This document shows positions 38,786 through 50,560 of a stretch of DNA of 64,000 nt, in pieces. The stretch's first letter is position 1, and each line of letters opens with the position of its first letter. Location of the stretch: the NCBI RefSeq assembly GCF_009834535.1, contig NC_045696.1, positions 64,978,001-65,042,000 on the forward strand, written 5' to 3'. The position numbers and the translations under genes are program-made. Source of the stretch: Camelus ferus (lineage: Eukaryota). Below the pieces are notes generated by a model that did not search any database, was not told where the DNA came from, and saw only the letters and a list, made by a program, of their open reading frames with translations.

Positions 38786-40600
38786 TTCAAATGAAGACCC
38801 CATAGGGGATTGGCTGAATAGGTGCCCCCAATGCAGACCAAACATCATTCTTTGTTCACTTTTGGAGACCGTCTTTACCTTCTGTTGGTTTTGCAGTCAC
38901 ATTATGCCTGTGGATGGTGGTATGTACACAGAGCTTGCTCATTAAGCCAGTGGAAAATAATGGATGGTGTATGACTACACCTGAAATGTGGCTCTTCCCC
39001 TCTGGCCCAGGTTTGTCTGTTACACCTGAATAAACTTGAGGCAACACTTTCACTTAGAAACAATCTATTCTCTGAGAGGAACTGCAGTCAGTGAACCATT
39101 GTATCTGTGGATTTGTAGCATCAAAGTCAGAATCACCTTCCCATAAGGCACTTTGGTTTTCTGTGAATTTATGAGAAAAAATATAAAAGTTAAAAAAACA
39201 TATAAAAATAAACCCGAACAAAACTTAAAGGGTCCACACCCTAAAACCTCAGGCTACATTCAGTAAATTGTGATTTGCTCTAGATGGCAGTTTAAACAGG
39301 CTTGTTACTCAGCACTAGATTTCTAGAATTTGTCTGCATGTTGTGTAGGCCTGGGGTCCATTTATCTTCCCCAAACATTTCCTCTGAGAGGTCGCTGTTG
39401 TCAGGGGAGGGAGCCTTTCAGTGTTTATGTGAGGACCGCCATCCCTAGACTTACAAGTGGTGATTCAGTTCTCGTGTCAGTGGGCATTTGGGTGGTTTCG
39501 AGGTGTTTGATTTGGAACCCTGCATACATGAGCCTCTTTTAAATCTTTTCTTAATGAATTGCTGACTTTTAATATTTATAATGTAGACAAGTAACTGCTG
39601 TTACTCTGAGGTCTCCCCAGCAGGTTTATTTAGAATGGTTCGTTGTTTACAAGAAGCTCTTAGTCGTAACATTTATACAGTTTCAGATTCCAGGGAAACA
39701 GGGATTCCAGCCAGCTAAACAGGTCACAGTGAGGAGACGTCTTATCTAGGAGGTTGGGATGTGGAATTACCTGGAAAACACGATCAAGCCAATTTCATGA
39801 TCTGTAACGTTTGGTGATTTCCCAGAGAACAAGAAATAGCCTGACATTCATATTTCTCCACATTTTGTCCCCAAAGTTCATTTCTAGTTGTTCCCACCCT
39901 AAGCTTTACTTAATCTTGACTTAAGAGTATCTGACCTTATTTGACCATTGAACAAACTATCCATTTGTTTTCTATTGTATTTTCCTATATTGTTCCTATC
40001 AGCTTTCAAGATCCCATTCAGAAAACACCACCTTTAAAGCCTTTTCCAGTTCCTACAGGCAGATATATTCCCATTTTCTCTTATATGTCTATACAATACT
40101 GCCTGCCCTCTATGAAAGCTCTGGTGTCAGTGAACAAAGGAAGTAAGTTACTAATCGTCTTTACTCTGAAACAGTCATGCTCAGCTTCATTGCCATGTTA
40201 CTCAACAGATCGATTTTCAGTTTTTAAAGATGTATCTTCCCACTAAGAACAATCAAAAGATTGCATGCTTGGGCCATTTCAGGCACCTTTTAAAACAACA
40301 CCTCAGCTGTGGACTTCGTCCTGGCGGCCCTGTCAGGGAAAAAAGAATGTGACGCTTTCCGTGGTGACTAATATGAAGGGAACAGAGTTTATTTGGAAAT
40401 GGTCTAAGTTCTAAGCAACTTTACTTCTTTAGAGTCACACTGTGTCCCTGAGTTATCCCTGATTGGAAAACAGTCATGCCACTTTGAGCAAATGCTTATA
40501 TTTACTTAAAATACTTACGTATTATTGGTCTTGACTTCTGAAGAGTCAGACAGCTGTAAGTGGAAGCCCGCTCTTTATTTTTCCTGTTTTCCATTCTCAA

Positions 40601-40656
40601 TCTCTCTCTGTCTCTCTCTCTCTCTCTCACTGTCTCTGTCTGTCTGTCTCTCTCTC
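40601..40656. repeat. Imperfect (TC)n/(TCTG)n microsatellite
   Basis: Read directly from the sequence. Confidence 0.9.
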
Positions 40657-43193
40657 ATCAGAGCCAAGTTCTTAAGCCATGGCTCTCTTAGCTTTCCACC
40701 AATTTTTTTACTAAATAGCTTCTCTGAAGTGAGTTAATAGGTACACTTTGAGAAATCGTGTATATAAACAGTTGGCAAATATGAAGTCTTTTATGTGTTT
40801 TACCAAGTCATTTATTGTTGGTATGGTTTACTTTACACATTTTATTTACGTATATAGTTGTCTCTGAATTCCTCACTGTAGTGTTTAGGTAAGTGTGTTT
40901 ACTAGAATAGTATGTTATTGTACAGAGTTTGTTGTATTGGGGAATTTTTACCCTGGTCAGTCTAGACAGGTAAAAATGTATAAGGAAGATTTATCCTGTA
41001 ACTTCATTACCTCTCTGGATATAGGAAATTATCCTTATTAACTTCATTTTCTCTTCATTTTTCCTGGCTTACCTTCAAATATAGAGTACAGAAGTGTTTA
41101 TATGATGTCACAAAAGGTAATTAGGATGTGTTAACCTTGAGGCGTCTATTTTAGGTTTTACATTGGTAACAATCTCCCTCATCTGGCTAATGGTGATCAA
41201 TCACTGTGATGCTGATGACAGGCATTTTTCAGTGTTTCCAGTTTTACTTTTTTTAATCGCTTACTTGACATCCTGAAGTCTCAAATCCTTGAATCAAGCC
41301 GCCGAGCGGGAAGGGCGCAGGCAGCAAGCAGACAGACCAATCTTCCAGCTTGCATCTCAAGGTTGGACTCAGAGATTGAGTCCTTTTATCTATTATTTTT
41401 GCCAGCTTTTTTAAAGAAAAGGTTTTATAGAAGAGGAAGCAAGTTTTTCAAAGTCTGACACCCTTGTTGGGTGTCAGAAATACATTCCCTCATTGAACCT
41501 TTGCTGAGGGCTGGCCAAGTGCAAAGTCCTGAGAAGGAACACTCACCACCCTGAGGTTGTTTGCAGTCCAGCCAGGCATGGACCACAAGCAGCCAAGGAT
41601 GGGAGGAGAGGAGATGCTGCTTGATTGGGAGCTTAAATCTGAGCACAGCAGGAGCTCTGGATGAGGTTCAGTTCTGAATAGAGCCCGGCATGCCGGCCTC
41701 TCTGAGAGCCTCCAGATTCATCTGTGTTGAGAACCTGCCTTCAGCCCAAGAGAAACTTAGTTCTTCTTCTTTTTTTTTTTTTTTTTAAATCAGTTGGTAT
41801 TTTGTGAAGTTTTCCACTTTCTCCTTGCATCGTAGTGTGTTGTACATATTTGCCCTGTTCCGCTGGAGCTGGTTAACGTCAGGAATGGCCGTGTCTCTCA
41901 ACCGTGTCCAAGTCTGTAAACTTAGAGTGCCTCGTGCAAATATTTACATAGACTTTCCCATTAACTCTTACATAAGAGTGTGAGTGGTCCAGTAACTTTG
42001 TTAGAAGAGGAGATGGATGTGCTTATGAAAAAAGACAGTTCCTTCAGAGAGAATTCTTCTTTGCTCTGCACAAAAGTAATAAAACTAACTTGCTCTTTAG
42101 TCTGTGGGAAGCATGGCCCTGTAAACCTGACCCACTCTTTTCCTGCCCTGAATCCAATCAGGAGAAACTGGTTCTAAAATGTATTCATCACTGCTTTTTG
42201 CTCATCTAAGAGGGTTTTGAAAAAAAGATGAGTGAGATAGATGCTGTTTGTCTCCTGAACTAAACTGGACAGGAGGAATTTGTGAAACAGGGTATGAAAG
42301 CGATGCCTTGTTAAGTTTAGCAAATCACAGTCAGAGGAGTCAGACTAGGAAAGGGCCTTCCAGTCTCATCCTTGAATGTGTTTGCAATGTTCGTGGTCAC
42401 TTGGGCTATTCTTGGGCACTCGCAGTGCTGGAGAACTTTCTCTCTTTCACTGTGCAGATTCTCTGGCACACAGGAAAGAATTCAGCAACTTGGGGCTTTG
42501 TGACAAATACGCCATAAATGTCTAGCCTCATCTGTATGTAAATTCTTCTTTATTTTGCTCAGATAGGGAGAGATCACTTCAGCCAGTAGCATGTGTATCA
42601 TATACACATACTGTCCCCTTTTCCATTGTTGAGGATTTATATCCAGTTAGTGGAGTGGTTTGTAACTTTCTGATAATTAAGTTCAAGTTTCTGTGTCTAT
42701 AATCATGCATATTTCATAGCTTCCTTTGTGACGTGACAGTTGCACAGAATCAGATTATGGATACATATGACCTCCCCCTATCCTTTCTCTGTCTGAAAGG
42801 GTACAAAGGTAGGCTTGTGAAGAAATTGGCCCTCTGTGAAGCTTAGCTGCCACACAAAAAAAGCAGTAACAGTTACTGAAAATTCCTGGAGTCAATTATG
42901 TTTGTACGATTTTTTTTTTTTTCATTTTGGATTTGTCCCTGGGTGATTATTTCATTTTCAGATGGCTCCAAGGAACTTGGGCCATTAACTTTTTTAATGC
43001 AGTTCTCTGAATTTTCCAGGACTTGCCATCATTTTTATTAGTCATTCTTAATAACATCACTGAAAGGAAAGTCAGCATTCTTCTCTCTCCTGTCCAGCTG
43101 GAAAGCCTTAGAGCAGAAGAGAAAGGAGTAGGGCTAGGTCAGTTTCCAGACCAGAATCATTCTCAGAAGAGCAATTTTTAAAAGCCAATTGAT

Positions 43194-43387
43194 AAACAAC
43201 TAGTTCGTACTGTACAGCACAGGGAACCATATTTAATATCTTACAGTAACTTATGGTGAAAAAGAATATGAAAACGAATATATGTATGTTCCTATATAAC
43301 TGAAGCATTATGCTGTACACCAGAAATTGACACAACATTGTAAACTGACTATACAACAATAAAAATATATTTTAAAAAGGATTAAAA
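43194..43387 (+). mobile_element. Younger L1 3'UTR tail with TSD
   Basis: 'tactgtacagcacagggaac..gaaaaagaatatgaaaacgaa..ccagaaattgacacaacattgtaaactgactata'; TSD aaaagcca(a/g)ttgat (43180-43193 and 43388-43401) at a TTTT/AAAA site. Confidence 0.92.
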
Positions 43388-45534
43388 AAAAGCCAGTTGA
43401 TGGGGTCTCAGTAAACCGAGTAGTAGTTCACAGCCTGGAAAACGGACTCCTTGGGGAGTTCTTTCCACAGTCCCTCAAACTGACGTCCCTGACTTCTGTG
43501 TCTCTTCCTCTGGACACATTGAAAGGCTTTCTGACGCCTGCATTAAATTACTTTCATGTTTGTTTCTAGAGCATTCAAAACCTGATACATGAATGTGGAT
43601 TGATCTAATTTAGGATGGGGGTTGGGATGACTGGCCCAGTGTGGCAAACTCGGAGTGGATACCTGAGGGAAAAGTTCAGGAGTAAACAAGGTCGATGTTG
43701 GAAGGCGCCGTTAGCAGAGAGAGGGAAGACAGAGGATGGTGATAGGGAAACCTGCGGCAGGGAGGCGGGTGGGGAGGGGCAGGTCAGGTTTTAGAGGTTG
43801 AATTTCAAATATGGGTGGGATACTCTGATGGAAATTTTAATTCAACACCTCAGGGCCAAATCAGGCTTTGCCAGCCCTGCTACTGTAACTCCAGCATATG
43901 GGCTGAGAATTAGTCACAATATATCTGGTTGATAAAGTGATTATAGCATTGAACTATGCAGGCTATTGATATAGGTTCAGGAAATGTTTCATGAGTGAAT
44001 GATACAGAATTCTGTGTGAAAAACTGGAAGAGAATTTGAACCTCTAAACTCATAAAAAGCCAGCAGATCTTTTGGATGCCAGCTAATACATTGAAATGAG
44101 GAAGGCCCTGCAGTTTTGAACATGAGGCTCATTCTTCTTTGGTGTTCCAGAAAGGTGCAGAGACCTCTTACTCATAACATAGCCATCATGTTTTGTGCCC
44201 AAAGTTAATAACTTTTAGATGACACTTGGAGAGACATTTATGGCAATGTCTAATTGATTGATCGTGGTCCAGTTTTCTAAAGAACCATCTCCATAGCATG
44301 GAATGAGGTACCCTGCCAGTAATCCAGCTGAGAAACTCAGAAAAACCTATTCATCAATTCAATTCAAATTAAATTTGACGTGTGTTGAGTGGAATTCTAC
44401 CATCATGTCAACACCAATTGTATCTCCCTGTTATTCTTTCTGCTGAATTCAGTAGTTTTCTTGTTTTTAAATTTTCATCCTAGCATTGTCCTCTCTATAA
44501 TCTGGAAGGATACACAGGTTTTATAGAAACATATTTATCATTTTAATTTATCTTTGCTGAAAGTATGAAGGGTATGTGAAATGTAAGGTGTATTGATTCT
44601 TGTGAGCTTTTTGGATTTGACTCCTCCAGAATTTGTCCTTCGACTCCTGTAATGCATGCACTTTCTTTCTCTCCCAGTACCCTTCATGAGTCCTGCTATG
44701 CTTCAAAATAATTTAGATTGAGGGTTTTTTCATTAGCTGGCTTTGTCAAATGATAGAAAGGAAAAAGGGAATTTTATTAAATATTGGTATCATTAGATAG
44801 CTTGAGCAGAGAATTCCATGAGAAGTCCAGTTCTCTGCTCATGAATTTATTTAACAGTTGCCAACTTAGATGTAGGAAATTAAGTGCCATATTACATGCA
44901 GCCTGAGGCTCCTTGGAGGGAAGAAAAATGCTTTCCCTTTTCAATGAGCTATGGGAAATTGTTCCAAGACCATCAGGAAAAGCTTGCTTTCTGTAAGAAA
45001 GAGCTCTGTGATCATCAGAGCAGAAGGGCCTTGAATTTTACATGTGAGAGCTTTCTGCTGAACACCAGGTCTTGACTCCATTGACCTTGAGACAGTACGG
45101 AGCACAGAACTGGAATTGTAACTCCGTGAAAGTTATTCTCTTTTAGTAATGCTGCAGGGTGACCAATAGTTCATGTTCTACCTGCGTGGATCAAACAACC
45201 AGCCACTAACCTGAAAGAATGCTATTTCTCTTCACCACATAGGACTCAGTAACGACGCTCAAACCCTTTGACCCATCTATTCAACTCATAGAAATTGATT
45301 TTAATAAAATAGTTTCAGACAAGAAAAGTAAAGCTGTATACCTGAAGATATTCTTTGCCGTATATGCTATAATCGTGAAAGATGGAAACAATTTAAATAT
45401 CCAGTGGTACAGAAATTATTAAATAAATTCAGATATTCAGGGGTAAAGAAATACTCTGTAGCCATTAAATGTTTTAGGTAGACCAAGTAACTGTAGAAAA
45501 TTGTTTCCTGTCTAATATTACGTGGGAGAGATGA

Positions 45535-45770
45535 ATAACTAATCATAGTAAGTATAGCTAAAATTTATCAGTCCCTTCCCAAATGCCAAGCACTGTTTAA
45601 GCATTATATATTTATTCATCTTAACAGTAAGTCTATGAGATAGATACTATTATTATCCCCAATGTACACATGGGAAAACTGAGGAAGTTTGCTAAAAGCT
45701 CATGACTGCTGGGTCTGGGATTCAAAGCCAGATAATCTGTCTCTAGAGAGCATATTTAACCACTACTTTA
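45535..45770 (-). mobile_element. MIR SINE
   Basis: 'atgccaagcactgtttaagca', 'ctatgagatagatactattattatcccc..ggaaaactgagg', 'ctgggattcaaagccagataatctg'. Confidence 0.8.
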
Positions 45771-45787
45771 TATAAGATCAGCAAACA

Positions 45788-46354
45788 GATTCATCTGTAT
45801 TATTTTTTAGATTCCACAGGTAAGTGATATTATAAAATATTTGTCTTGCTCTGACTTACTTCCCTTAGCATGCATCATCTAGGTCCATCCTTGTTGCTGC
45901 AAATAGTAATATTTCATTTTTATGGCTGAGTAATATTCCATTGTATATATATACACCATGTCCCCTTTATCCAGTCATCTGTCGATGAACACTTAGGTTG
46001 CTTCCGTGTCTTGGCTATTGTAAATAGTGTTGCTATGAACATTGGAGTGCATGTATCTTTTTGAATTAGAGTTTTGGTCTTTTCAAAACAGAAGCAGACT
46101 CACTGGTGTAGAAAACAAACTTATGGTTACCAAAGGGGAAGGGATGGGGAAGGGATAAATTGTAGGTACAGAATTAAAAGATACACACTCTGTATACAGA
46201 ATACATAAACAAGGATTTAACTGTATAGCACAGGGAACTATATTCAATATCTTATAATACTCTATAATGGAAAAGAATCTGAAAAAAATATATATAGAAC
46301 TGAATCACTTTGCTATACACAGTACTATAAATCAGCTGTATGTCAATTTAAAAG
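45788..46354 (+). mobile_element. 5'-inverted (twin-primed) L1 insertion
   Basis: 45788-46083 is antisense L1 ORF2 end; 46084-46354 is sense 3'UTR plus short tail; perfect 16-bp TSD ataagatcagcaaaca (45772-45787 and 46355-46370). Confidence 0.92.
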
Positions 46355-47217
46355 ATAAGATCAGCAAACAAATGGGTGTATCCACATTGATTACACCTAG
46401 TGACACTCTGAGTGCATGGAAAAAACTGGAAGAGAATATACAGAAATAAAATTAGTAGACACTGTTGAAATTTGGAAGAGACACATTTTTTAAAATTCCT
46501 GTAATGTTCTAACATGTGGTTTTACTATTTTAAAATGACAGTGATATTTTAGTAATATTAGTAACATGTCACATTTGAGTACCAAGTTCAAACTTTATTA
46601 AAATACATCTTTCAAGTATTAAAAAAGAGAGAAGATCTCCATCCCATATAGCCACTTATTCCATTTGAAAACCCACTCCCAGAAGTCTGATGTTAGGTTT
46701 AGTGTTGGATAAAAGCCGCCAGACAGCCGCAGATAGGGGGAGAGTAGATGCTCGAAGAATGAGGCTTTCATGGAAAATTGAAAGCAGCAGGATGTGCTAA
46801 TATGTAGGTCAGAGAATGTAGACTGGGTAATCTGTTCATCATGCAAAAACAGCAAAGATGATAGATGTAACTGGCATGGGAAAATTAAGTTAAATGTTTG
46901 GAAGAACTTCTGAGCTTTAATAGTATTGTGTTGGGTTCTGTATTCATGTTTTAAAATAAAAGCTTTTATCTGAAAACCTACAGCTACCCATCCCTTGGAG
47001 GCGTAGAAATGAGAGAAGGAAGAATATTTTCAACTGGAGGCAGCTGCGGAATATATTCTATATTGTGGAAAAAGAAACGTGTGATTTATATTAAACATAT
47101 TAAAGAGGCACTGGGGGAAATTGGTGATTTTTTTTTTTGCGTAAGATTATCTGTAATGGTATGTTAATGAGTTTAAGTAGTATAAACATTATATTTTACA
47201 ATTAATAATAGTCTTGT

Positions 47218-47365
47218 AAAGCTTTTTTAACTTGGAGTCAATGAATGGGTTTAGATTGATACATAACCTCCTGAAATTTTACAGCAAGATTATATATATG
47301 CAAGTGAGCATTTCTGGGGAGGGGGGATATCTGTGGTTTTTATCAAATATTCTTAAATGTCATGA
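47218..47365. mobile_element. Possible old hAT-Charlie MITE fragment
   Basis: 'ttaacttggagtcaatgaatgggttt..cctgaaatt..catttctggggaggg..ttatcaaatattct' resembles a recalled Charlie-type consensus; family not resolved. Confidence 0.4.
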
Positions 47366-47424
47366 AGCTAAATTTGCTACTATACCATCTCCATTCTCCA
47401 TTGATATGTTATAGGAAAAGAGAA

Positions 47425-47522
47425 GGATGGATGGTAATTTATAGATAGATAGGTGGGTAGGTAGATAGCTAAAGAGATGATAGATGAATAGATTATAGAG
47501 ACGGAGAGAGGGAGAGAGAGAG
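47425..47522. repeat. Degenerate (GATG)/(GATA)/(GA) purine-rich simple repeat
   Basis: ggatggatgg..atagatagatag..gagagaggg read directly. Confidence 0.75.
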
Positions 47523-48176
47523 TCTGTTGCGTATAGTTTCAGAGTTTTGTTGACTCCTCCTAATGTGAATCTTCTAAATACACTGTTGGAAACTCTCAGT
47601 GGAAATGAACATTTAAAAGCCTCTAATTTATGGTCATTGAGGAGCATAATGCATAGGAATTTTACACTCGGGCTTCAGCTCCACCTTGCACCTTGTGTTT
47701 GACATAAAACAGGCTCAGGTCTTTGTGATGATGTTTTGGGGTTCTTCCTGTGGCTACCATGCAGCAAGTTAGTCACACTTAGCTATCTGAGGTGCATTTA
47801 TCAGCAGGGTAACCTGTGATGCCCTCTCAGACGAAGTCACCACTTCGAGGACCAAGGCTCAATGAAATCTGCTTTGCATTTTGGTGACATCTGTTCTTTG
47901 CATTGCTGGGAAATCTGTTGTCATTGTTTAGAAAGCTATCTTTCAGGTTTCATATAATCAAAACCTACAGGCAGGAAAAATTTAAATAAGCATGATACAT
48001 AGGTCTGACTCATCAAGGCATTGGTCTCTTGAAGCAAATAATCAATGAGAAGAGATTTGGTTCTCTTTTATAATCAGGTTTTATTGCTTTTAATTTTAAT
48101 GACAGCTTTATTGACATATAATTCACATTTGTCGCTTTTCCCCTGAGTTTCTTTTCCCTTTTATTAGCTGTAAAAT

Positions 48177-48207
48177 GTGGTGTGTGTGTGTGTGTGTGCA
48201 TGTGTGT
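48177..48207. repeat. (TG)n microsatellite, imperfect
   Basis: Read directly from the sequence. Confidence 0.9.
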
Positions 48208-48654
48208 CCATATGTATGTGTGCTTGTGAGTGGTATTTAAAAATAGAGCAAATTGACTTTTAAGAAGGGCAGTTAATAAAACATTTAAGTTTGTAATATA
48301 GGATAGAATAAGGTTGATTGTATGCAGCAGGGGGAAAAATGGAATGCATTCCAAGTTTATAATTGACGTATTAATTTTACTTTTTTTCCCCGTAATGCCT
48401 GCATTAACTCTGACAATTGCCTTTGTCCTGACATTTTATAATGTAGACAGTGAGACCTAGAGTTGAATTTATGTCTTCGCAAGGAACATGTAGCAAGATT
48501 ACATACTTGACAGAGTCTGATACTTCATGTTGGTTGCCAATAGCCTTTCTCTAAGTTCTGAGATGCCCGGCTTGTAGGTTGTGTGTTATTGAGAAGGGCA
48601 GTAAACCTATTTGAACACCTCCACATGGTTGTCCACTTGTGCAATCGTTCAGTT

Positions 48655-48900
48655 TTTTACTTGTTCAGCAAATACTGATTGGCTGTCTTCTCTACATAAT
48701 TACTTACCTATGCTTGATAGTATGGGGTTACAAAATTAATAAGACATCATCCCTGCTTTTAAGGAGGGATTTATAAATAACCCAAGTACAGGCAAGATTG
48801 GAGATCATGCTATAACAGACTAGTAAACAGAATGCTCTAGGAACAAAGAGGGAGCAATTTAAATTGAGAGGTCATAGAAGGTTACACGCCAAGGAAGGAC
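48655..48900 (-). mobile_element. L2 remnant
   Basis: 'ttcagcaaatactgattg', 'aataagacatcatccctgcttttaaggag', 'tgctctaggaacaaagaggga'. Confidence 0.6.
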
Positions 48901-49188
48901 AGATGGGATTTTGGTAGCTAGAGAAGGCGAAAGGGTGCTAGGACTTCCAACCTGAGAGGAACATTGATTCACTGAGTGAGTGCCTTCCAGGTGCAAGACA
49001 CTGTGCTAAGTGACGTTTTTTCCTCTGAGCCAAGTTCTTTTCTTATCCCCCCCAATACAGAGAAAGAAATGGAAGCCTGTCGAGGTTCATTTTGTTTTCT
49101 GGCCAAAAGAGAGTGCAGGCAGCAGAACCACTGCAATATTTGCTAAGCTGAAAGACCACATCTCCCTTCCTCATCGTCATGCCTAGCA

Positions 49189-49521
49189 CAGTGATTGGCA
49201 GACTTTTTCTTAAAGGGCCAGATGGTAAATATCTTAGACTGTTCGCATTTACAGTCTCTGTCACGATTCCTCACCTCTGCCACTATAACTCCAGAGCAAC
49301 CACAGACCATATATAATAAATGGGCATAACTGTGTTTCAGTAATACTATTGATGGACACTGACAATGGAATTTTACATAATTTTCACATTTCAGGAAGTA
49401 TTATTTTTCTTTTGATTATGTTCAACCATTTAAAAATGTAAAAACCATTCTTTGCTCATGGCTCTATAGAATCAGGTGGTGGGTTGAATTTGTCCTGCGG
49501 GACATAGTTTGCTGACCCCTG
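49189..49521. mobile_element. hAT-Charlie MITE (MER58B-like)
   Basis: Ends 'cagtgattggcagact' and 'agtttgctgacccctg' form degenerate terminal inverted repeats; internal 'taaagggccagatggtaaatat', 'ttcaaccatttaaaaatgtaaaaaccattctt'; about 333 bp. Confidence 0.85.
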
Positions 49522-49854
49522 ATGGCACAGAACAGGTGCTTAATAAATATTTATCATGAAAAATAAGTAATGGAAGAAGAGATATGGTACTCCTGGCCCA
49601 AGAGTACTGCATCCCACAACTCCTGGGTCCTCCACTTGACCCCTAGTCTCTATGAATGGCACTGCCGGCAATTGACTGCGCCACTCCAGTGGCCAGTGGC
49701 CCGTGGCCCTGTACTCCAGCACTGAGGCATGCAATTTTAGACACTACTACACTTTATACAGATGCATCTGTTGAAAAATAACAGGTCAGAAAATCAGCTG
49801 AGGCAAGGCTTTGATTCTGTTATTGAACGATGAAATATATCCAGGCCTGCTCTT

Positions 49855-50560
49855 TTTTTTTTTTAACATTGTTTTATTGAGTTATAGTCATTTTACAATG
49901 TTGTGTCAAATTCCAGTGTAGAACACAATTTTTCAGTTATACATGAACATACATATATTCATTGTCACATTTTTTCGCTGTGAGTTACCACAAGATCTTG
50001 TATATATTTCCCTGTGCTATACAGCATAATCTTGTTTATCTATTCTGCATATGCCTGTCAGTATCTACAAATTTTGAAATCCCAGTCTGTCCCTTCCCAC
50101 CTGCCACCCCTTTGGCAACCACAAGTTTGTATTCTATGTCTGTGAATCTGTTTCTGTTTTGTCTTTATGTGTTTTTTTTTTTTTTTTTTAGATTCCACAT
50201 ATGAGTGATCTCATATGGTATTTTTCTTTCTCTTTCTAGCTTACTTCACTTAGAATGACATTCTCCAGGGATATCCATGTTGCTGCAAATGGCATTATGT
50301 TGTCATTTTTTATGGCGGAATAGTATTCCATGGTATAAATATATCACATCTTCTTTATCCAATCATCTGTTGATGGACATTTAGGCTGTTTCCATGTCTT
50401 GGCTATTGTAAATAGTGTTTCTGTGAACATTGGGGTGCAGGTGTCTTTTTGAAGTAGGGTTCCTTCTGGATATATGCCCAGGAGTGGGATTCCTGGGTCA
50501 TATGGTAAGTCTATTCCTAGTCTTTTGAGGAATCTCCATACTGTTTTCCACAGTGGCTGC
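49855..50560 (-). mobile_element. Young 5'-truncated L1, about 700 bp (ORF2 C-terminus, 3'UTR, polyA)
   Basis: Minus strand translates [32 protein letters not shown]...KTWKQPKCPSTDDWIKKM*YIYTMEYYSAIK...SEVS*KEKEKYHMRSLICGI*, with two premature stops and no frameshift; flanking repeat ctgctctt (49847-49854 and 50557-50564). Confidence 0.95.

Noticed and set aside
39144..39151. TAAGGCAC, matching the start of miR-124
   Set aside because: The downstream sequence does not match the mature miRNA and I see no hairpin.
49678..49710. CTCF-like gcgccactccagtggcca with gtggcc repeated three times
   Set aside because: Spacing is one base off the CTCF core; it is a short palindrome or micro-repeat with no further support.
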